DNA from: Nitrosopumilus sp.
GTDB taxonomy: Archaea; Thermoproteota; Nitrososphaeria; Nitrososphaerales; Nitrosopumilaceae
Length of the DNA: 64,000 nucleotides
Assembly (NCBI GenBank): GCA_965206745.1
Contig: OZ242220.1
Location: 320,001-384,000 of the forward strand
Direction: 5' to 3'
Part shown: one piece after another, positions 1 to 9,449 of the stretch
Layout of the letters: each line of letters opens with the position of its first letter
Position numbering within the stretch: position 1 is the stretch's first letter
The notes under the pieces: model-generated
Database searches by the model: none
What the model was told of the DNA's origin: nothing
The model's input: only the letters and a program-made list of their open reading frames with translations
Program-made: the position numbers and the translations under genes

Positions 1-51
1 TGAATGATAAAAACAAGCTGTCTCACAGGTACAACGCACTGAAAAAATTCT

Positions 52-1080
52 CTAAATGGTATTTGAGCAGGCAGAAATAAACCGGTCAGTAAACCTCTCG
101 TTGTTTTGCAGTATTGAGATTCTGGAAATAACACTCTCGTCCATTATTGAAAATATTTTACTTTGTTTTGCAATATCCTCGCTGAATTTTTGTATTTCCT
201 CCATCTCTAACATGTTTTGACGCTCCAACCTGTTAGTTGAGCGCCCAATGTGCATGTATGATTTAATCTCGATAAAGTGCGGGCTTGCTTTTCTAAACAT
301 TTCAGCGAATGCCGGAATTGACTCCTTCTGGTCATTGTAATTTCTGATCAAAGTAATCCTCAACACTGTCCTTGTTTTCAAGTCTTTCAACATTCCAAGT
401 GTTCTGTTCCATCTTTCCCATGAGTCATCGTATCTTGGTTTGTTTATTCTCATAAATGATTCACGATCCGCTGCATTTGTTGACAGATACAGCTGTGTCG
501 GCAGTGCGTCTTCATCCTGCAATCTTTGAATCATGTCCGGCTCTTGTCCGTTGGTCACAAGAAAGATTGACTTTGTCGCCTCAAATGTTTTTAGATACTT
601 TATCAGTTCTGGAAGCTTGGGGTACATTGTCGGTTCTCCGGAAAGTGAGATTGCATAATGTGCAGGCAGCAATGATTCATCCAGTCTTTGTTTGTCGTTT
701 CTTGAATCACCATAGAATCCGTTGATCAGCTTTTTTCTTTCACCCATCAGCTTTGTTAAAATTTGTTCAGGTTCTGCAACTTCTTGGGGCTTCATTTTTA
801 CCGTGTCATAGAATTCCATTGGTCTCCAGCAATACACGCACCTGTTTTCACAGTACATGCCGGCAGGGGAAAATTCCATGCATCTGTGGGTCGAGATTCC
901 ATAAAACTTGTGCTTGTAGCAGTTTCCCTCATGTTTGAAGGATTTTTTTGTCCAATGACAAAGTCCCACAGTTGAGTGATCTGCAACCCCGTACTTTGCC
1001 TTTTTTAGCTGCGCAGTTATTGCAGGCCTGATCTGGAGTAACTGCTCCTCTTCCTCGACTGTTTCTCCAGAGCAACTCAT
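52..1080 (-). CDS. taw1: 4-demethylwyosine synthase (radical SAM, Tyw1/Taw1)
   Basis: CxxxCxxC (CENRCVYCWR), CYKHKFYGISTHRCM and ISLSGEPTMYP motifs typical of Tyw1. Confidence 0.93.
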   Translation of the reverse strand: MSCSGETVEEEEQLLQIRPAITAQLKKAKYGVADHSTVGLCHWTKKSFKHEGNCYKHKFYGISTHRCMEFSPAGMYCENRCVYCWRPMEFYDTVKMKPQEVAEPEQILTKLMGERKKLINGFYGDSRNDKQRLDESLLPAHYAISLSGEPTMYPKLPELIKYLKTFEATKSIFLVTNGQEPDMIQRLQDEDALPTQLYLSTNAADRESFMRINKPRYDDSWERWNRTLGMLKDLKTRTVLRITLIRNYNDQKESIPAFAEMFRKASPHFIEIKSYMHIGRSTNRLERQNMLEMEEIQKFSEDIAKQSKIFSIMDESVISRISILQNNERFTDRFISACSNTI

Positions 1081-1218
1081 GAATTTAGGTCATCATTCCA
1101 TTTACTTAAATTGATCGAGTTTTTTGTCCAACATGGAAACTTTTCTCAAAACCACTGATATTTGCAGTCAATTTCAGAGTGAGGTTTAATAACTGGATCT
1201 ACGACGTATTTTTAGGCC

Positions 1219-3657
1219 TTGAATAAAATACACTCGATATCATTCCTATTGTTATTTGTAGTCACGCTAACTAGTATGCCAATTAACCCCATTTTTGCCG
1301 CTGATGATGACCTGGATAAGGACGGCATTGATGATTCCCTTGATGCATGTCCTAATCTGCAAGAAGATTATGAAGGAACACTTGATGGCTGTCCATCAAA
1401 TTTTGTCCCATGGTATGATGAGGATTATGATGGAATACAGGATCACATTGATCAATGTCCAAATTTGAAAGAACACTACAACAAATTCCAAGATGACGAC
1501 GGCTGTCCAGACACACTTCCCGGAGATGGAGCAGGCGGAGCACCGGATACTGATAAAGATGGATTCACTGATTTTGCTGACTTGTGTCCAAACCAACCAG
1601 AAACTTTCAACGGTGTTCAAGATAGAGATGGCTGTCCCGATTCTTATGATTCTGGTGACAGAGATTTGGACGGCGTTTCAGATGTTGATGATGAGTGTCC
1701 GCTGAGTGCAGAAACTTACAACAAATTCGAGGACGCTGACGGCTGTCCTGATGTGGTTGATGATTCAAGTTTTGTAGACACTGACAACGATGGCATTCAA
1801 GACAAAATTGATTTATGTATTGATAAACCAGAAGTGTACAACGGTTATAGAGACACTGATGGCTGTCCCGACGTTGGACTAGATTCCTCATTTGATGATG
1901 GGGACGGGGATGGAATCGCTGATCAATTCGATATCTGTCCTGATCATCCTGAAACTTTTAACCGCTTTGCAGATTATGACGGCTGTCCCGACAAAGCCAT
2001 CGTCCTTGATGGCACGTTAAACGATGCAGATGGTGACAGAGTTGCTGATGTTGATGACTCTTGCCCGTTAGATCCTGAAAGATACAATGGCTTCCAAGAC
2101 GATGACGGCTGTCCCGACATTCCAGACTCTTCTAGTGATACTGATTCAGACCTTGATGGAATTTTCAACAGCATTGATCAATGTCCTAACGTAAAAGAGA
2201 CTTACAACCAGTTCCAAGATCAAGACGGCTGTCCCGACTTTGTAGCCTCTAACAAAGGAGTTCCAGATTCAGACGGTGATGGAATCAACGACTTTGCAGA
2301 TTTATGTCCAAACCGACCAGAGACCTTCAATGGTGAATTTGATAGAGACGGCTGTCCCGACAATGACGATCCCGGTGACAGAGATCAAGACGGCATTCCA
2401 GATAATATAGACGCATGTCCAACTGCTAAAGAAAATTACAATAATGTCAAAGATGATGACGGTTGCCCAGATGGCGGATTCCAATCACGGGGATTGGACT
2501 TTGACGGTGACAATATAGATGATTTGAATGACAAATGTCCTTTGCAACCAGAGACCGTAAATAACTACCAAGATCAAGACGGATGTCCGGATCTCTTTGT
2601 ATCTGATACTGACGGTGATGGAATTCGTGATACATTAGATTTGTGCCCTTCAACTTCAGAAACATGGAATTATTACCAAGATCAAGACGGTTGCCCTGAT
2701 GAGCTGTCTGACTTTGATTCTGACTATGATGGAATTTCAGACTCTGTAGATGAGTGTATTTTTGAGCGAGAAAGGTACAATGACTACCAAGACGATGACG
2801 GCTGCCCTGACTATCCAGACTTTGTCACCACTATGGATACTGACTTTGATGGAATAGATGACGAATTTGATCAATGCCCACTAGTCTCTGAGACTTATAA
2901 TAAATTCCAAGATCTAGACGGCTGCCCTGATTATTTAGGGGATGGCAAAACAACTCCAGATTCTGACGGTGATGGAATCAATGATTACAATGATCATTGT
3001 CCAAACCAGCCAGAAACGTATAACGATATTCTAGATCGAGACGGCTGTCCTGATGACAACATTTCAAAGCATGACAGAGATGGGGATGGAATTCGAGATA
3101 TAATTGATGCATGTCCAAACGCCCAAGAAACCTGGAATAAATTCCATGATGATGACGGCTGCCCTGATTCCGTGTTTGAATCAGTTGTAGTAGATTCGGA
3201 CAATGATGGAATCAATGATGTCTATGATGATTGCCCACTAGTTACTGAAAATTATAATGGCTTCCAAGACGATGACGGCTGTCCAGATATTGATAACACT
3301 CAGCCTGATGCTGACGGTGACGGCGTTCCAGATGTAATGGATGTGTGTCCGCAACAGGATGAGGTTTGGAACAAGTATGTAGACTATGACGGCTGCCCTG
3401 ATACTGTCCCAACTGCAAATATTGTGTATGATACTGATGATGATGGCATAAATGATGAATTTGATTTATGTATAAACGAAAAAGAATCCTGGAACAAATA
3501 CAATGACCATGACGGCTGCCCTGATATAGCGCCAGAACAGTCAAGATACAAGCATGATGCCGACCTTGATGGCATTGTTAATGAATATGACAGCTGCCCA
3601 TTAGAGGTTGAGGATTATGACGGTGACCGAGATCAAGACGGTTGTCCTGACCAATAG
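1219..3657 (+). CDS. Secreted thrombospondin type-3 repeat (Ca-binding) protein, copy 1
   Basis: N-terminal signal peptide; about 20 units of DxDxDGIxDxxDxCPxxxExYNxxxDxDGCPD; TTG start. Confidence 0.9.
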   Translation: MNKIHSISFLLLFVVTLTSMPINPIFAADDDLDKDGIDDSLDACPNLQEDYEGTLDGCPSNFVPWYDEDYDGIQDHIDQCPNLKEHYNKFQDDDGCPDTLPGDGAGGAPDTDKDGFTDFADLCPNQPETFNGVQDRDGCPDSYDSGDRDLDGVSDVDDECPLSAETYNKFEDADGCPDVVDDSSFVDTDNDGIQDKIDLCIDKPEVYNGYRDTDGCPDVGLDSSFDDGDGDGIADQFDICPDHPETFNRFADYDGCPDKAIVLDGTLNDADGDRVADVDDSCPLDPERYNGFQDDDGCPDIPDSSSDTDSDLDGIFNSIDQCPNVKETYNQFQDQDGCPDFVASNKGVPDSDGDGINDFADLCPNRPETFNGEFDRDGCPDNDDPGDRDQDGIPDNIDACPTAKENYNNVKDDDGCPDGGFQSRGLDFDGDNIDDLNDKCPLQPETVNNYQDQDGCPDLFVSDTDGDGIRDTLDLCPSTSETWNYYQDQDGCPDELSDFDSDYDGISDSVDECIFERERYNDYQDDDGCPDYPDFVTTMDTDFDGIDDEFDQCPLVSETYNKFQDLDGCPDYLGDGKTTPDSDGDGINDYNDHCPNQPETYNDILDRDGCPDDNISKHDRDGDGIRDIIDACPNAQETWNKFHDDDGCPDSVFESVVVDSDNDGINDVYDDCPLVTENYNGFQDDDGCPDIDNTQPDADGDGVPDVMDVCPQQDEVWNKYVDYDGCPDTVPTANIVYDTDDDGINDEFDLCINEKESWNKYNDHDGCPDIAPEQSRYKHDADLDGIVNEYDSCPLEVEDYDGDRDQDGCPDQ

Positions 3658-3667
3658 GAGTGTCTAA

Positions 3668-5833
3668 ATGAAAAAACAATATCTTTTGGGATTTTTACTC
3701 CTGCTTACATCCACCATTGGCATGATGCCAACTAGTGTTTTTGCTGCCTCTGAAATTGATTCAGACAATGACGGTGTGCCAAATTATTTGGATCAATGCC
3801 CCAACCTTCTAGAGGATTATGATCCCCAGTACGGCAACAATGTTGACGGCTGTCCTGCAGACTTTGTTCCGTGGTACGATGCTGATTATGACGGAATACA
3901 AGATCATATAGATGACTGTCCCACTGTAAAAGAGACTTACAACAAGTTCCAGGATGAGGATGGCTGCCCGGATTTATCCCTTGATGGCGGAAAAGCCATT
4001 GCAGATACTGACGGCGACAGTTATCCAGATTTCCTGGATAACTGCCCAACTCAGCCAGAGACATTCAATGGAGTTGATGATGGTGACGGTTGCCCAGATG
4101 ATGTCATTACACAACCCGACTCTGACCAAGACGGAATCTCCGATTCCCTTGATTCATGTCCGCTAAAGCCTGAGAGTTACAACAGATTCCAGGATGATGA
4201 CGGCTGCCCGGACTCGTCTGATTCAGCAAACCCGCAGTATCAATTCCCTGACACTGACGGCGATGGGATTGAGGATAGGTGGGATTCATGTATCGATATA
4301 CCCGAAAACTATAATGATTTCCTAGATGATGACGGCTGTCCTGACGTGCTTGGGGCGATCTCTCTTGAAATACCAGATGCTGATCATGATGGCATTGCAG
4401 ATGATGTGGATGATTGTCCACTAGAGCGTGAAAATTACAATAAATTCCAAGATTCTGACGGCTGTCCTGACGTGCTAGTTCTTACAATAACCCGTGATAC
4501 TGACGATGATGGCATTTTAGATCAAGATGATTCTTGCCCATACGCTCCTGAGACTTATAATAAATTCAAGGATTTTGACGGCTGCCCTGATTACATAGCA
4601 GACAACAAACTTACATTTGATACTGACGGCGACGGAATAATTGACAACTTGGACCACTGTTCAAACCAGCCAGAAACGTATAACGGTATTCTAGATGAGG
4701 ACGGCTGCCCTGACAATGATTCCACATCTGACCAAGATTATGATGGTATTTTGGACGCTTTAGATGCATGTCCGCTAGAACCTGAAACATACAACAGACA
4801 TCTTGATGATGACGGCTGCCCTGATTCCCCTGATTATACCACATTCTCTTACACGTTCCCTGATACTGACGGCGACGGGATTGAGGACAGGTGGGACGCG
4901 TGTATCGATATACCAGAAAACTATAATGATTTCCTAGATACTGACGGATGTCCTGATGTCCCAGGATCATCTACAGTAAATCTGTTTGATGCTGATCGTG
5001 ACGGATTGCCAGATGACTTGGATGCCTGTCCCACATCAGCTGAAAGATACAATGGCTTCCAGGATGATGACGGCTGTCCAGACAGCATTGACTATCAGAG
5101 CATTGGTGACACTGACGGTGATGGAATATTTGATGATGTAGATAAATGCCCTGCATCCAAAGAAAGCTATAACCGTTTCCAAGACACTGACGGTTGCCCC
5201 GATTACATAGCAGACAACAAACTTACATTTGATACTGACGGCGACGGAATAATTGACAACTTGGACCACTGTTCAAACCAACCAGAAACGTATAACGGTA
5301 TTCTAGATGAGGACGGCTGTCCTGACAATGATTCCACATCTGACCAAGATTATGATGGTATTTTGGACGCTTTAGATGCATGTCCGCTAGAACCTGAAAC
5401 ATACAACAGACATCTTGATGATGACGGCTGTCCTGATTCCCCTGATTATACCACATTCTCTTACACGTTCCCTGATACTGACGGTGACGGGATTGAGGAC
5501 AGGTGGGATTCGTGTATCGATATACCTGAAAACTATAATGACTTTCTAGATACTGACGGATGTCCTGACGTGCCTGGTGCAGAATCAACCATTCCTGTTT
5601 ATGCAGATTCTGACGGCGACGGATACCTAGATGTAGCTGATTCATGTCCGACAAGCCCTGAAACTTGGAACAAGTATCTAGACTGGGACGGCTGCCCTGA
5701 CACTGCCCCAGAACAACAGAGATTCATCCATGATGATGATCTAGATGGCATTATCAATGGTGAAGATTCATGTCCTTTTGATCCTGAGGATTATGACGGT
5801 GACCGTGATTTGGACGGCTGCCCAGACTCATAA
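3668..5833 (+). CDS. Secreted thrombospondin type-3 repeat protein, copy 2
   Basis: Signal peptide MKKQYLLGFLLLL; same DGCPD repeat units; GGAG 5 nt or so upstream of ATG. Confidence 0.9.
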   Translation: MKKQYLLGFLLLLTSTIGMMPTSVFAASEIDSDNDGVPNYLDQCPNLLEDYDPQYGNNVDGCPADFVPWYDADYDGIQDHIDDCPTVKETYNKFQDEDGCPDLSLDGGKAIADTDGDSYPDFLDNCPTQPETFNGVDDGDGCPDDVITQPDSDQDGISDSLDSCPLKPESYNRFQDDDGCPDSSDSANPQYQFPDTDGDGIEDRWDSCIDIPENYNDFLDDDGCPDVLGAISLEIPDADHDGIADDVDDCPLERENYNKFQDSDGCPDVLVLTITRDTDDDGILDQDDSCPYAPETYNKFKDFDGCPDYIADNKLTFDTDGDGIIDNLDHCSNQPETYNGILDEDGCPDNDSTSDQDYDGILDALDACPLEPETYNRHLDDDGCPDSPDYTTFSYTFPDTDGDGIEDRWDACIDIPENYNDFLDTDGCPDVPGSSTVNLFDADRDGLPDDLDACPTSAERYNGFQDDDGCPDSIDYQSIGDTDGDGIFDDVDKCPASKESYNRFQDTDGCPDYIADNKLTFDTDGDGIIDNLDHCSNQPETYNGILDEDGCPDNDSTSDQDYDGILDALDACPLEPETYNRHLDDDGCPDSPDYTTFSYTFPDTDGDGIEDRWDSCIDIPENYNDFLDTDGCPDVPGAESTIPVYADSDGDGYLDVADSCPTSPETWNKYLDWDGCPDTAPEQQRFIHDDDLDGIINGEDSCPFDPEDYDGDRDLDGCPDS
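4589..5577 (+). repeat. Near-identical direct repeat of about 375 bp (4589-~4965 and 5201-~5577, offset 612 bp) inside TSP3 copy 2
   Basis: DYIADNKLTFDTDGDG...DTDGCPDVPG occurs twice with almost identical DNA. Confidence 0.9.
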
Positions 5834-5916
5834 CCCTCTTTGGTTTCTAATTTTAAAAGAATCAATTTAACGTGAGACTTAATAAATACTTGATAATAGC
5901 TGTTCTTAGAGGGATA

Positions 5917-8088
5917 ATGAAAAAACAATACATTTTAGGATTTTTACTCTTGCTTACATCCACCATTGGCATGATGCCGCCTGGCGTATATGCTAATGAT
6001 GAGATTGATATTGACGGTGACGGGGTACCAAACAGCCTTGATCTGTGCCCCCATCTTCTGGAGGACTATGATCCCCAGTATGGCGACAATGTTGACGGCT
6101 GCCCTGCAGACTTTGTTCCTTGGTATGATGTTGATTATGACGGAATACAAGATCATCTTGATGGCTGTCCCACTGTAAAGGAGACTTACAACAAGTTCCA
6201 GGATGACGACGGCTGCCCGGATTTGTATTCTGATGATGGAAAATCAATTGCAGATACTGACGGTGATGGTTATCCAGATTTCCTGGATAACTGCCCAACC
6301 CAGCCAGAGACATTCAATGGAATTGATGACGGCGACGGCTGCCCAGATGACGCTGTAGCCCAATCAGACACTGACCAGGATGGAATCTCAGATTCCCTTG
6401 ATTCATGTCCGCTAAAGCCTGAGACTTATAACAGATTTGAGGATGACGATGGCTGCCCGGACTCGTCTGATTCGGCAAACCCGCAGTATCAATTCCCTGA
6501 CACTGACGGCGACGGGATTGATGATAGATGGGATCAATGTATTGATGAACCGGAAAATTATAATGAATTCCTAGACTGGGATGGCTGTGCAGACGTGCTT
6601 GGTTCGGACTCTAATGCATTAGTTGATTCTGATTATGACAGCATTCTTGATTCAGTTGATTCATGTCCGCTAGAGCGTGAAAATTTTAACAAATTCCAAG
6701 ATGATGACGGCTGTCCTGACGAGATTGAATTTTCAATTACAGGTGACTCTGACGGTGATGGAATCTCCGATCAATTCGACACGTGTCCTAATTCTAAGGA
6801 GACATACAACCAATACAAGGATGCAGACGGTTGTCCCGATTTTGTCGCAGACAACAAATTCACATTTGACTCTGACGGCGATGGAATAATTGATAACTTG
6901 GATCATTGTCCAAACCAACCAGAAACATATAACGATATTTTGGATTTTGATGGCTGTCCTGACAATGACGATTCAGCGATTGATTCAGACATGGACGGAA
7001 TTGTAGATGTATCTGATGCATGTCCGCTAGAACCTGAAACATACAACCTTTTCAAAGACGGTGACGGCTGCCCTGATTTCTCCGAGTCTGTCCTCTCCTC
7101 TTACCTGTTCCCTGACACTGACGGCGACGGGATTGAGGACAGGTGGGATTCGTGTATTGACGAACCTGAAAACTATAATGACTTTCTAGATACTGACGGC
7201 TGCCCGGACGTTACAGGGTTTTCAAAACCTGCCTTGCCTGACTCTGACTATGATGGAATCCCAGACGAATCTGACATGTGTCCCACCATCGGTGAGAGAT
7301 ACAATCAATTCCAGGATGACGACGGCTGCCCTGACACCGTATCCTATGATTCATTTGGTGATGCTGATTTTGATGGAATAACTGACAATGTTGATGACTG
7401 CCCTACTGCTAGGGAAACTTATAACAGATTCCAGGATGATGACGGCTGCCCTGATCTGATTTTTGATAACAGAGTTGCTGTTGACTCTGATGGCGACGGA
7501 ATTCCTGATACTGATGACCGGTGTCCTACTCAGCTTGAAACACCCAACGGATTCCAGGATGAGGACGGCTGCCCTGACCGATTCACATTTACGCTTGATT
7601 CAGACACGGACGGAATTATAGATGTGTCTGATGCATGTCCGCTAGAGCCTGAAACTTACAACTTTTTCCAGGATGATGACGGCTGCCCTGATGTGGTTGG
7701 CACCATTATTCCATCTTACCTCTTTGCCGATATGGACAATGATGGCATTGATGACAAAAAAGACGCATGCATTGATCAACAGGAGAACTTTAACGGATAC
7801 CTGGACTGGGACGGCTGCCCTGATGTGTTGGTAGAGGCATCAGCGGCCATCCCAAGACCCGACTCTGATGATGATGGATACTATGATGCCATTGATTCAT
7901 GTCCGACAAACCCAGAAACATGGAACAAATACAACGATCATGACGGCTGCCCTGATACTGCTCCAGAACAACAGAGATTTGTCCATGATAATGATCTAGA
8001 TGGCATTCTCAACGATGAAGATTTGTGCCCTTCTGATCCTGAGGATTATGACGGTGACCGTGATTTGGACGGCTGCCCTGATTCCTAG
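5917..8088 (+). CDS. Secreted thrombospondin type-3 repeat protein, copy 3
   Basis: Start moved to ATG 5917 (MKKQYILGFLLLL, matching copy 2); colinear paralog of copy 2. Confidence 0.9.
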   Translation: MKKQYILGFLLLLTSTIGMMPPGVYANDEIDIDGDGVPNSLDLCPHLLEDYDPQYGDNVDGCPADFVPWYDVDYDGIQDHLDGCPTVKETYNKFQDDDGCPDLYSDDGKSIADTDGDGYPDFLDNCPTQPETFNGIDDGDGCPDDAVAQSDTDQDGISDSLDSCPLKPETYNRFEDDDGCPDSSDSANPQYQFPDTDGDGIDDRWDQCIDEPENYNEFLDWDGCADVLGSDSNALVDSDYDSILDSVDSCPLERENFNKFQDDDGCPDEIEFSITGDSDGDGISDQFDTCPNSKETYNQYKDADGCPDFVADNKFTFDSDGDGIIDNLDHCPNQPETYNDILDFDGCPDNDDSAIDSDMDGIVDVSDACPLEPETYNLFKDGDGCPDFSESVLSSYLFPDTDGDGIEDRWDSCIDEPENYNDFLDTDGCPDVTGFSKPALPDSDYDGIPDESDMCPTIGERYNQFQDDDGCPDTVSYDSFGDADFDGITDNVDDCPTARETYNRFQDDDGCPDLIFDNRVAVDSDGDGIPDTDDRCPTQLETPNGFQDEDGCPDRFTFTLDSDTDGIIDVSDACPLEPETYNFFQDDDGCPDVVGTIIPSYLFADMDNDGIDDKKDACIDQQENFNGYLDWDGCPDVLVEASAAIPRPDSDDDGYYDAIDSCPTNPETWNKYNDHDGCPDTAPEQQRFVHDNDLDGILNDEDLCPSDPEDYDGDRDLDGCPDS

Positions 8089-8147
8089 CGGGGATATCTG
8101 TCAATATTTTTGACATACTAGATATATCGAATCTGTAATGTTCTAAC

Positions 8148-9110
8148 ATGCTTCCAAAGTTTTCCAGTCGGGCGTTTTTAGCTCCCATGGCAGGAGTCAG
8201 TGATCCCGCACTTCGTTTGCAGTGCAAGAAAATGGGCGCCGGACTGGTTGTTACAGAATTTACAAACATCCACAGTATTGTTGCAAAAGAGACCCAGCTC
8301 AAAGAAAGAATGAAGACCATTGAGGAGTTCATTGAATACTCTGATCAGGAGCGCCCTCTCTCAATCCAACTGTTCGGTTCTGATCTTTTGGCATTGGAAA
8401 AGGCAGCACAGATAGTAGAGCCTTTTTTTGACATCATTGATTACAATATGGGCTGCCCTGCACCGCATATTACCCAACAGATGGCCGGAGGCGCCCTGCT
8501 ACAGGAAGTCAACCTGACTCAGCAGATCTTTCACACTCTGGTAAGTGCAGTAAAAAAGCCTGTGACGCTAAAAATTCGTTCAGGAGTCACAGATGCCAGC
8601 AAATTCCTCTTTAGGGAAATTGCAGGGATTGCAGAAGACGAGGGAATCCAGATGATTACCCTTCATCCGAGAACTGTAAGTCAGGGTTATTCTGGGACCG
8701 CCAATTGGGATCTGATCAAAGAACTAAAAGAGATTTCTGGCATTCCAATTGTTGGAAATGGCGATATTACAACTCCTGAGGATGCCAAGACAATGATTGA
8801 TAATACTAATTGTGATTACGTCATGATTGGCAGGGGTGCGATGGGGAACCCCTTTATTTTTGAGCAGATCAATGACTTTTTGAAGACTGGCTCTTACAAG
8901 GAATATTCATTCCATGATAGGCTGGACTCTTTTTTTGATTACTTGCATCTCTCAAGTCAGTACAAGATCAAATTTGCAAACATCAAGGGCCAGGCCATGA
9001 GATTTACTAAAGGAATGAAGGGCGGCTCAAAACTTCGTTCAAAAATCACTCTCTCTACAAATATTGAAGAGCTAGAGAAGCTTATGCGTGATGCCTACGT
9101 GCAATCTTAG
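8148..9110 (+). CDS. dus: tRNA-dihydrouridine synthase (DusB family)
   Basis: LAPMAGVSD, NMGCPAP, HPRT, GNGDI and MIGRGAMGNPFIF motifs. Confidence 0.93.
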   Translation: MLPKFSSRAFLAPMAGVSDPALRLQCKKMGAGLVVTEFTNIHSIVAKETQLKERMKTIEEFIEYSDQERPLSIQLFGSDLLALEKAAQIVEPFFDIIDYNMGCPAPHITQQMAGGALLQEVNLTQQIFHTLVSAVKKPVTLKIRSGVTDASKFLFREIAGIAEDEGIQMITLHPRTVSQGYSGTANWDLIKELKEISGIPIVGNGDITTPEDAKTMIDNTNCDYVMIGRGAMGNPFIFEQINDFLKTGSYKEYSFHDRLDSFFDYLHLSSQYKIKFANIKGQAMRFTKGMKGGSKLRSKITLSTNIEELEKLMRDAYVQS

Positions 9111-9449
9111 AGATGTTTTACGCCGGTTCAAATCTATTCATGCTTGCGTACTCTGGTGGGAGTCATCTGCAGCATGACGTAAAAGCAAGACCATGACATG
9201 GAATATCTGATAAAAACAAAAAAGCGTGTAACTAGTGCCTGTGAGGCATACATGTCTGCAAAAATTCTAAACGAGGGCTGCCTCATTGATTATGGCGTGT
9301 ATCTCCGTCACTAGGGAATGGAATTAAGCACGTATTTCGTGCGCAAAATCATGATTTTACTCAGATGTAGCATAAGATCCATCCATGACAGGATTCAATC
9401 CGTCTGAATACATAGTAAATCTCTTATTGAATCAAATTATTAAAATTTA

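Noticed and set aside
1219-8088. Regularly spaced gacggctg[tc]cc[tc]ga motif resembling a CRISPR array
   Set aside because: It is the in-frame coding DGCPD motif; too short and degenerate, spacing ~110-125 bp, no cas genes
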